Assembly: GCA_023511455.1 (NCBI GenBank)
Contig: JAIMBJ010000001.1
Coordinates: 1,146-65,145, forward strand
DNA length: 64,000 bases
Direction of reading: 5' to 3'
Source of the DNA: Bacillota bacterium
Lineage (GTDB): Bacteria; Armatimonadota; HRBIN16
Shown: positions 11,043-18,757 of the stretch, piece by piece
Position numbering within the stretch: position 1 is the first letter of the stretch
How the letters are laid out: each line of letters begins with the position of its first letter
Made by a program: the position numbers and the translations under genes
Notes under the pieces: generated by a model
Told to the model about the DNA's origin: nothing
Database searches by the model: none
What the model saw: only the letters and a program-made list of their open reading frames with translations

Positions 11043-11079
11043 GGTTAGCCGAATGCATTACTAATGGGGAGGCGCGAGG

Positions 11080-12516
11080 GTGAATACAGACTGGAGCAGG
11101 GTCGCCGAGTTCGTAGAAAAACATGACATTCGCTTCTATCCCCGCTCGGTTCGGCAAGGAGAGGGGTTCGAAGTCGCTTTTGCAAAACAGGACTCGCACG
11201 GATTTGTAGTCAGTGTGTCGCCCCTACCCACGCCTGAGCCTGCTGACGCAGTGCTTCTGGAGGATGTGTATCTCTATCCGCTGGACTGGCACAACTATCT
11301 TGCATTAGGTGACCTGCTCGATCTGCGTCCCAGCGTTTGCACGAAGCCTCGTTCCTTCGGCACGGGTGACCGCTTGGGCATGGTCACGGCAGCGCACCTG
11401 CAAGCGTTGAGAAGCCATGATGTGTTCCCTGTGCTTGCCCAGCAGTCACCGCGGGAGCTGGTGCGCACCGGGCGTGATTTCCGTGACGTGATTTTAAGCG
11501 CGGTCAGCGGCGTGCTGGAATCTGGATACACTGGCAGATTCGGGGCGGATGCCGACCACATCAAGCATGAACAACAGCTGCGGCAGGCGATCGAGGCAGG
11601 CTATACAATGTACACTATCGACGTCAGCGACCGCATGCGCGATGTGACCCAGCTCACCCAGCCGGAAATTGCGGACAAGGCTCGCGCGCTATCACCGCTG
11701 AGCCAGAGCATCATCCGCGACCATGCGAACATGACTCTTCGTACCGAGAATGGGTTCCGTTACACGTTGCAGGCAGAGCGGCTGGTGCAGTCTGCCATCA
11801 CCTTCGAGGATGCGGTGCAACAGGTGGTTCGTTTCTACGAAGTGCTGAAGAAGCATCTTGCCGCGTTTGACCTCGAGGTCTCTATCGATGAGAGCGCGCG
11901 GGTGACCACGCTGGAAGACCATCTGTACGTAGTAGAGTATCTCCAGCGAAGTGACGTGCGGTTGTGGAGTTTGGCGCCCCGCTTCCCCGGCGAGTTCCAG
12001 AAAGGAATAGACTTCGTGGGCGACCTGCAGGAGCTGGAGAAGGCGTTTGCCCTTCATGCCGCACTTTGTCAGCAGCTGAAGGGTTATCGTCTCAGCCTGC
12101 ATTCCGGCAGCGATAAGTTCAGCATTTATCGCCTCTTCTGTGAGGCAACAGGCGGCAACTTTCATGTGAAGACCTCTGGTACCAGCTGGCTGCAGGCAGT
12201 GCAGCTCATCGCACAGACCGACCCCACGCTTTTTACCGAGCTGTACCGTTTCTGTCTGTTGCATCTGGAGGAGAGCAAGCAAGCCTATCAGGTCTCCCTG
12301 TCTGCCGGGCAACTTCCACCGATGCCCCCGTCGGATTTGGGAGACTTTCTTGCGAGACCGTCGGTGCGTCAGCTATTCCACATCTCTTACGGCGTTTTGC
12401 TGGAAGAGGCGGGTAGGGAGATACGGAGCCTGCTCCATGCGCACGAGCAGGAACATTATCGTCTCGTGGCGGAACATATCGAGCGACACCTGCAAGCGCT
12501 GCAGTCGGTGAGGTGA
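11080..12516 (+). CDS. hypothetical 478-aa protein (possibly a sugar/uronate epimerase-like TIM-barrel enzyme; uncertain)
   Basis: Long ORF with coding-like composition, no recognisable signal peptide or TM segments. Family not confidently recognised by eye; weak recollection of tagaturonate-epimerase (UxaE)-like proteins. Confidence 0.45.
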   Translation: MNTDWSRVAEFVEKHDIRFYPRSVRQGEGFEVAFAKQDSHGFVVSVSPLPTPEPADAVLLEDVYLYPLDWHNYLALGDLLDLRPSVCTKPRSFGTGDRLGMVTAAHLQALRSHDVFPVLAQQSPRELVRTGRDFRDVILSAVSGVLESGYTGRFGADADHIKHEQQLRQAIEAGYTMYTIDVSDRMRDVTQLTQPEIADKARALSPLSQSIIRDHANMTLRTENGFRYTLQAERLVQSAITFEDAVQQVVRFYEVLKKHLAAFDLEVSIDESARVTTLEDHLYVVEYLQRSDVRLWSLAPRFPGEFQKGIDFVGDLQELEKAFALHAALCQQLKGYRLSLHSGSDKFSIYRLFCEATGGNFHVKTSGTSWLQAVQLIAQTDPTLFTELYRFCLLHLEESKQAYQVSLSAGQLPPMPPSDLGDFLARPSVRQLFHISYGVLLEEAGREIRSLLHAHEQEHYRLVAEHIERHLQALQSVR

Positions 12517-12520
12517 GCTG

Positions 12521-13498
12521 TTGAACCTGCGTATCGCGATTGTCAACTCGAGCAGCTTCGGCAAGTACTTCCCGGAGCACCTGGAGCGGCTGAGCGGACT
12601 GGGAGAGGTTGCGCGCTTCGACTTTCCGGTCAACATCGACGGCAAATCGTTGGCGGACGCGCTGCGCGGATACAACGTGATTATCGCCAGCGTCAAACCC
12701 TACTTCACCCGCGAGTTTTTCGAACACAAAGACGAACTGTTGCTGCTCGCGCGGCACGGCATCGGCGTGGACAATGTAGACCTGAACGCGGCGCGTGCCA
12801 GAGGGGTAGTGGTCACCAAAGTAACACCGTGGGTGGAGCGGGAGGCGGTGGCGGAGCTGGCAGTGACCCTGTTACTGGACATCCTGCGCATGACGCACGA
12901 GGCGCGCCACGCGGTTTACGAGAGCCGCTGGGCAGAACGCGCCCGCTTCGTGGGCTGGGAAATCCAGGGCAAGACGGTGGGCATCATCGGCATCGGCAAC
13001 ATCGGCAGCCGGGTGGCGGAGATTTTGCGTAACGGCTTCGGCGCGAACACCATTGCTTATGACCCCTACCTGCATCCTGATACCATCCTTGCCCGCGCTG
13101 CGGAGCCGGTAGGGCTGGACGAGTTGCTACAGCGCTCCGACATCATCTCCCTCAACGCCTCGCTGAACGAGGGCAACTACCACATGCTGTCGCACCGCGA
13201 GTTCGGGCTGATGAAGCAGGGGGTGTTCCTCGCGAACACCGCGCGCGGCGAGTTGATCGACGAGGACGCGCTGGTCGCCGCCCTCGAGTCGGGGAAGGTG
13301 GCAGCCATTGGCATGGACGTGGTGGAGGGCGAGCCGATTGACGGCAACCACCGCCTGCTGCAGTATCCGAACGTGCTGATTGTGCCCCACATCGCCGCCT
13401 ACACGCGCGAGTCGCTGCGCCTGATGGGCGAGAAGGTCGTGCGCGATGTGGAGAGCGTCGCCCGTGGCGAGATGCCGGAGGATGTGGTTGTTCCCTGA
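12521..13498 (+). CDS. D-isomer-specific 2-hydroxyacid dehydrogenase family (glyoxylate/phosphoglycerate dehydrogenase-like)
   Basis: NAD-binding motif GIIGIGNIGSRVA, catalytic region ARGELIDEDAL...HIAAYTRES. TTG start immediately after the previous stop. Confidence 0.8.
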   Translation: MNLRIAIVNSSSFGKYFPEHLERLSGLGEVARFDFPVNIDGKSLADALRGYNVIIASVKPYFTREFFEHKDELLLLARHGIGVDNVDLNAARARGVVVTKVTPWVEREAVAELAVTLLLDILRMTHEARHAVYESRWAERARFVGWEIQGKTVGIIGIGNIGSRVAEILRNGFGANTIAYDPYLHPDTILARAAEPVGLDELLQRSDIISLNASLNEGNYHMLSHREFGLMKQGVFLANTARGELIDEDALVAALESGKVAAIGMDVVEGEPIDGNHRLLQYPNVLIVPHIAAYTRESLRLMGEKVVRDVESVARGEMPEDVVVP

Positions 13499-13605
13499 TG
13501 GGGGAATGAACCTCTGGTGAGATTGCAATCGGGAGGGCGAACCTCCTGGTGAGCCGAAAAACATCAATCGACTCGGCGCGAGCCTCGCCCTCCCAAAGTG
13601 CGGAC

Positions 13606-14289
13606 TCAGTAAAGCGGTCTTATCTTCACGTTGCGGAACCAGACCTCATGCCCGTGATTCTGCAGTCCAATGTATCCGGGTTTTACCATCTCCTTGTAGG
13701 CGTATTTGAACTTATTGGGTGTTCCGTCGGGGTTTTTACCGGCCTCTGTCCACTGGCTGAGGTCCACGTCCACGATTTTCTCTCCGTTCATGAACGCCAT
13801 CAGGTGGCTATCGCGGCAGCAAATGCTCAAGCTGTTCCACTCGCCGGCAGGGCGAGCCGCGTTTTTCAACGGAGCCACGATGTCGTACAGCGCGCCGCAA
13901 TCGTGCTTGCCAGGGTTCGGTCTGCCGTAGCTGTCCAGAATCTGGATTTCCATGCCCGTGTTGACCGGGTCGTTGCGGTCCCAGATGCGCACAAAGACGC
14001 CGCTGTTGGCATTGGGCGACATCTTGAAGTCGAGGCGCAGCACAAAGTTCTTGTACTGTTCGTTGGAATATAGAAAGCCTCCACCTTTGCCGGTACAATA
14101 AATCGTTCCATCCTCCACCCGCCAAGCTTCTGGAGGGTCGGCAACCGTCCAGCCCGAGAGGTCATTTCCATTGAACAGGAGCTTCCACCCGAAGCGTTGT
14201 TCGCGTGGGGAGAGGGTGTTGTGTTGTTGAGCGACTGCAGCAGTACACACGCACAACGTTATCCAGAGCCACAACCCTGAGCGTCGCAT
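13606..14289 (-). CDS. DUF1080 / 3-keto-disaccharide hydrolase-like secreted protein
   Basis: Signal peptide MRRSGLWLWITLCVCTAAVAQ. Conserved W.LLFNGNDLSGW...FGYIGLQNHG...V.FRNVKIRPL pattern typical of the DUF1080 family. Confidence 0.7.
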   Translation of the reverse strand: MRRSGLWLWITLCVCTAAVAQQHNTLSPREQRFGWKLLFNGNDLSGWTVADPPEAWRVEDGTIYCTGKGGGFLYSNEQYKNFVLRLDFKMSPNANSGVFVRIWDRNDPVNTGMEIQILDSYGRPNPGKHDCGALYDIVAPLKNAARPAGEWNSLSICCRDSHLMAFMNGEKIVDVDLSQWTEAGKNPDGTPNKFKYAYKEMVKPGYIGLQNHGHEVWFRNVKIRPLY

Positions 14290-14361
14290 GGCTATTTACC
14301 TCCTCGCAATGGTCTTCTAAGCTGTATCTCTTCGCTATACTGGCGCCGGAAACCTGCCCAA

Positions 14362-15213
14362 TCATGCTTTGGCATCCTCTGGACTGAGGCGGCGCCGTGC
14401 GGCTTCGTAGACCATCAGTGCAGTTTCCGCGATGAACTGCGCGGCAGTACGGCGGTTCTCAAAGCCGCGGGTAAGCACCACGAGCGTAAAGCATCCTGCG
14501 GGCATCCAGATAACCGCCGAGTCATGGTGGTGTCCGCTGATTTCTCCCGTCTTGTTTGCCACTTTCGCTTCGTCGGGTAACAGGTAGGGTATCTGGTCGC
14601 GGTAGAACTGCTCACGCATGATGTTCAGCATACGCTCGCAGCCCGACGAGGAGACCAGCGGCGTACCATCCACAGCGCGTATTTCGCCCTGTGCCATCCA
14701 CTTCAGTAGGTCGGCAATCTCGGTGGCGCAGCAGAGGTTCTCTCTTCCCTGTTCGGCGGCAGCGAAATCATACATCTTGCGCTGCAGAGTGGTGTGGCAG
14801 AAACCCAACAATCGCAGAAACTCCTGCACCTTCTCCACGCCCACGCGGTCAATGAGCATGTTGGTGGCGGTATTATCGCTCAGCACAATCATCAGCACGG
14901 CAAGGTCGTGCAGAGTCAGCTCCAATCCGGTGCGCAGTTCGCGCAGGATGCCGGAGCCGGGCGTACGGTCGCAGTCGCGCAGAGGCATCTTCTCCTGCCA
15001 GTCGATCTCGCCTCGTTCCCTCAACCAGAAGAGCGCGGCAAGCAGGGGAACCTTGATGACACTGGCAGAGCGGAATACAAGGTCGCTGTGAATATCTACC
15101 TGCCAGTCGAAGTCCACGCCCCGGATTGCCAGCCCCACTTCGGCGGGGGAAGAGCCTATCTTTTCGGAGAGTTTCTGATCTATTCCCTGTCCCATCGGTG
15201 CGCACCCCGACAT
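14362..15213 (-). CDS. class A beta-lactamase-like serine hydrolase (no signal peptide)
   Basis: SxxK (SVIK), SDN (LSDNTATN) and KTG (NKTGE) motifs in canonical order and spacing. N-terminus MSGCAPMGQGIDQK lacks a hydrophobic leader. Confidence 0.75.
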   Translation of the reverse strand: MSGCAPMGQGIDQKLSEKIGSSPAEVGLAIRGVDFDWQVDIHSDLVFRSASVIKVPLLAALFWLRERGEIDWQEKMPLRDCDRTPGSGILRELRTGLELTLHDLAVLMIVLSDNTATNMLIDRVGVEKVQEFLRLLGFCHTTLQRKMYDFAAAEQGRENLCCATEIADLLKWMAQGEIRAVDGTPLVSSSGCERMLNIMREQFYRDQIPYLLPDEAKVANKTGEISGHHHDSAVIWMPAGCFTLVVLTRGFENRRTAAQFIAETALMVYEAARRRLSPEDAKA

Positions 15214-15335
15214 GCGCGAATTGCGTTCACGCTGAGCGTATAGTTAGTTGTACAGTCAGTTTCGCCCCCTCCTCCCATATTCTCCTGCTGGGGTGAAGGA
15301 ATCCCCGCTTCGTAATACAAAAGGGTAGGGTGTGA

Positions 15336-16034
15336 ATGCATGTGTCGGGTTTGAGCCTGTCTTCTCAGCGGTTTCGCAGACACGCTGGTTTACTGGATTC
15401 TGAACGCGGAGATAATTCGTTTGCTGGAGGCAGGGAAGGCGTAAAAGGGATGACTGCTTTCTGGCGCCGATGGATGGGGCGCAAACAGGTCATACTGTCT
15501 CTGGGCAAAGGCGCGGAGCTTCGTCAGCTTACCATGCAGGATGCACCCGCGCTATACGCACTCACCGTGCGAAACAGGGAACGGCTTCGTCGGTGGATGA
15601 CCTGGGTGGACTTCGTGAGCAGCGAGGATGATACGCGCGGCTTCATCCGGGAATCGCTTCGCAATTTTCGTGCAGGACGCACTCTGCAGATGGGTATCTG
15701 GTGGGACAACACTCTGGTGGGCACCATCGGGCTGTTTCGCACCGCCAGCGCAGAGCCGGAAGCGGAAATCGGTTACTGGATCGACGAGTCTGCAGAAGGG
15801 CAGGGGTTAGTCACCCGTGCCGCCAGGGCGCTAACTCAGTATGCCTTTGAGCACTGGCAGGTGCCAACGGTGCGCATCCGCGTAGAGCCCGACAATGTGC
15901 GCAGCCGCGCTATCCCCGAAAGGCTGGGCTTCCGTCTACGTGGGGAGGTCGAGGAAGACTGGGCAGATGGCAGTCACCGCACCCTGCTGGTATATGTGAT
16001 GCACGCTTCGGATTTTCAGAAAACAACTCAGTAA
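15336..16034 (+). CDS. GNAT family N-acetyltransferase (RimJ/RimL-like)
   Basis: GNAT core with Q/R-x-x-G-x-G/A (WIDESAEGQGLVTRAARALTQYAFE). True start may be the internal Met at ~15450. Confidence 0.7.
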   Translation: MHVSGLSLSSQRFRRHAGLLDSERGDNSFAGGREGVKGMTAFWRRWMGRKQVILSLGKGAELRQLTMQDAPALYALTVRNRERLRRWMTWVDFVSSEDDTRGFIRESLRNFRAGRTLQMGIWWDNTLVGTIGLFRTASAEPEAEIGYWIDESAEGQGLVTRAARALTQYAFEHWQVPTVRIRVEPDNVRSRAIPERLGFRLRGEVEEDWADGSHRTLLVYVMHASDFQKTTQ

Positions 16035-16098
16035 AAGAGCCGCAGAGCAAGCTATAACTACAGGCAGAGCCATCCTCAGTACCATTCCCTTTTGCCTT

Positions 16099-16119
16099 CC
16101 CTGTGAAATATTTCACGGG
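16099..16119. promoter_or_regulatory. near-perfect 21-bp palindrome CCCTGTGAAATATTTCACGGG (core GTGAAATATTTCAC) upstream of sodA-like gene; Rex-type or CRP/FNR-type operator candidate
   Basis: Read directly. The 14-bp perfect palindrome at 16103-16116 matches the Rex consensus TTGTGAA-N4-TTCACAA and the CRP half-sites TGTGA-N6-TCAC. It lies ~80 nt upstream of the SOD start. Confidence 0.4.
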
Positions 16120-16198
16120 AAAACCGCGTCTGCACGCATTTTGCTATTGAAAATGTTGTTTTCGGTGAGGTACACTCAGAGCACCAGGCACACAGGAG

Positions 16199-16993
16199 GT
16201 GTTCGCCATCGCACGGTCAACACACGAGCACGATGAGGGGCGCAGACGCTTCCTCAAAGCCTCTGCGCTGGGTATAGCCATGGTGGTGAGCGGTTCGCCC
16301 GTCATCGGTGGCTTAGCGCAGCAAATGGAAAACGTTTCGAGACCCGACAGGAGGACAGGAGAGATGGAGATCGTCAAAATCGTAGCGAAGCCGCTACCCG
16401 AGAAAGTGTACAACACCGAGAGCGTGGGCATTTCCCGCAAAACGCATGATGAACATTACAAGTTGTATCAGGGCTATGTGAATAAGGCGAACGAAATCCG
16501 CGAGAAGCTGGCTGCCCTAGACAAGGACCCGGCGAAGGCAAACCAGACTTACTCCGACATCCGCGTGCTCAAGGTGGAGTATACCTTTGCGCTGGGTGGG
16601 GTGAAGAACCACGAACTGTACTTCGACATTCTGGGCGGCAAGGGCGGCGCGCCGACTGGCCCTGTGGCGGAGTGGATCAACAGGTATTTCGGCTCGTATG
16701 AGGCATGGGCACAGGATCTGAAGGCTACCGGCATCGCCGCGCGAGGCTGGGTATGGCTCGCGCTGGACCACGACGACGGAAGTCTGTTCAACTACATCGG
16801 CGATGCACAGAACACGTTCCCCATCTGGAACGCCACGCCCATTCTTGCGCTGGATACTTATGAGCACGCCTACTACTATGACTTCCAGACCGCGCGTGCC
16901 AAATATATCGACGCCTTCCTGCAGACGATTGACTGGGACGCGGTGAACGCGCGACTGGAGCAGGCGCTGAAGATGTACAACGCAGGACGATAA
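16199..16993 (+). CDS. sodA: Fe/Mn-family superoxide dismutase with twin-arginine (Tat) signal peptide
   Basis: N-terminus RRRFLKASALGIAMVVSG (Tat motif). C-terminal half matches the Fe/Mn SOD fold (NHELYFDILGG...GWVWLA...LDTYEHAYYYDFQTARAKYIDAF...DW). GTG start; exact start uncertain. Confidence 0.75.
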   Translation: MFAIARSTHEHDEGRRRFLKASALGIAMVVSGSPVIGGLAQQMENVSRPDRRTGEMEIVKIVAKPLPEKVYNTESVGISRKTHDEHYKLYQGYVNKANEIREKLAALDKDPAKANQTYSDIRVLKVEYTFALGGVKNHELYFDILGGKGGAPTGPVAEWINRYFGSYEAWAQDLKATGIAARGWVWLALDHDDGSLFNYIGDAQNTFPIWNATPILALDTYEHAYYYDFQTARAKYIDAFLQTIDWDAVNARLEQALKMYNAGR

Positions 16994-17044
16994 GAGAACC
17001 AACCAACGGTATGGGGGGCAACCTGTTCAGGTTGCTCCCATTTT

Positions 17045-17874
17045 TCATGATTCGACAGGCAACGCCAATTGAGCCTTCTCTTCCGCGCGGGGCATGAGCC
17101 GATACCTCTCCTCGATACACCCCAATTGCAGGCGGCGCAGTATCATCTCATGATATGTCGGGTCGATCTCGGCGGAGACAAAGTTTCTATGCAGCCTTCG
17201 GCACACCTCCAGCTCGGAGCCGCTACCTCCAAACAGCACCAACACGATGTCTCCGGGCTGCGTGCAGCTGAGTATCAGCATCTCCGCCAGCTTCTGCGGA
17301 ATCTGGCAGGCGTGGATTGTTTTCTCCCTGCTGACGTTCTTCACCAGGTCGAAATAGAACCAGCTGTAAGGCATTCTGCCTTTCGAGCCATTGGCGAGGT
17401 TCTGTTTGATGCGTTTGTCCGTTGGGTTCTGGTAGGGTTGCGCAACCTGATCCTTATAGAAGCGGTTGCGCTCACTCTTGCGACAGTGCAGGATGCTTCG
17501 GTGGGCAGTGGTAAAACGGCGCGTGGGCTGTGTCCCACATTCGTATTGTATATCCAGACGTAATCGTGAACTGCGTAGCAGGCTTCGTCCAGAAACTTCA
17601 CCCGCAGATAGGCGTTCTGCTTCGGATAGTTCATCAGGAACATGTTGCCGTCGTCTTTCAACACCCGAAGCGACTCTCGTGCCAGTTCGATGTACCATTC
17701 AATATACTCCTCGAAGCTGCGCGTATAGGATTTATCCCCGTATTTGATGCCTACATTGTAGTCCGGGTCGCCGTACACCATATCGACACACTGGTCGGGG
17801 AGCGACTTGAGCAGGTCCATCACATCGCCCAGGTAAACTTTGTTCAGATATTGTGGTGGAAACTCATGAACCAC
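17045..17874 (-). pseudogene. beta-class N6A/N4C DNA methyltransferase split by a frameshift (two overlapping ORFs 17341-17874 and 17045-17698)
   Basis: N-terminal ORF carries motif IV (VYGDPDYNV) and stays homologous until ~GHSPRAV. C-terminal ORF in another frame carries the HPTQKP-like box (HACQIPQKLAEMLI) and motif I (FGGSGS). The frame switch lies around 17450-17560. Local GC is clearly lower than surrounding DNA. Could be a true pseudogene, a sequencing error or programmed slippage. Confidence 0.6.
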
Positions 17875-17937
17875 CCAGCTTCACCTCCTCTGCAGACGGT
17901 ACTCCGCCTTGCGAATCAGGCGGATGGAATCCAGCCT

Positions 17938-18702
17938 CTACACATCGTCGAAAGTGTAAAGGTATAATCGAACGCTTGTCGTTGGATAAGCCAGCCCCCG
18001 TCTCCTTCGAGACTGTTTCAAAACATAGCAGGCATTTATTTCCTTGACATTCATTTTGAGTTCTTTCGCTTTCTGCACATAGAAGCAAACCGGGTGAAAC
18101 AGTTGGTAGATCGCGAAGTCTTGCAGGAAGCTGCTTTTGGCTTCCAGCACCGTCACGGTACTCTGATATTCCAAAGTCAGGTCTATTTCCATCTGCTGCT
18201 CTACCGCACGAATTCTCGAGTTCCCAACCGTGTACTCAAGGTCTATACGGGTGCGTCCAGGCACATAGATTTTCGGTGATGCTACCACATCCTCGTACAG
18301 GAAATCATGCAAGATGTGCTGGTTGAAAACAAGGGACAAAACGCTCGACTCACCAGTATCCAGGTCGTTCAGCAGGCTCTTACGGTATCGCCAAATAGTT
18401 ACCTCATGCTCCTCAATCTCTTCGAAGATATGGTACCACTTTTCCAGCTCCCGGATAAACTGGTGTTTACCTTTACCTACATGAGCTACACAATAACCTC
18501 GCTGCCGAATTGTTTCCGGCAGTACAGAAATAGTATCTACTTTTGTCGCGTCGTATTGATTGCCGAAGCCAACTTTAGATGCCACCCTTTTGACGTCTTC
18601 GTTGGTGGAGTTCCACTTCCCCCGCTGTTCGCACTCGCAAAACAGCATCTCCAGCACTTGTTGCTTCTTTGACAGAGTATCCCGTTGTTTCCTCATCGCC
18701 AC
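17938..18702 (-). CDS. putative Type II restriction endonuclease (partner of adjacent methyltransferase)
   Basis: 254-aa ORF directly upstream and co-oriented with the MTase, in the same low-GC island. Contains acidic/Lys-rich segments compatible with a PD-(D/E)xK fold (…DLEYTVGNSRIRAVEQQMEIDLTLEYQ…) but the family is not recognisable by eye. Confidence 0.5.
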   Translation of the reverse strand: MAMRKQRDTLSKKQQVLEMLFCECEQRGKWNSTNEDVKRVASKVGFGNQYDATKVDTISVLPETIRQRGYCVAHVGKGKHQFIRELEKWYHIFEEIEEHEVTIWRYRKSLLNDLDTGESSVLSLVFNQHILHDFLYEDVVASPKIYVPGRTRIDLEYTVGNSRIRAVEQQMEIDLTLEYQSTVTVLEAKSSFLQDFAIYQLFHPVCFYVQKAKELKMNVKEINACYVLKQSRRRRGLAYPTTSVRLYLYTFDDV

Positions 18703-18757
18703 GCTGGTGTCGTGCCAAGTTTTGCTTCATAGCCGAAAAATCATATCATGCCTGATG

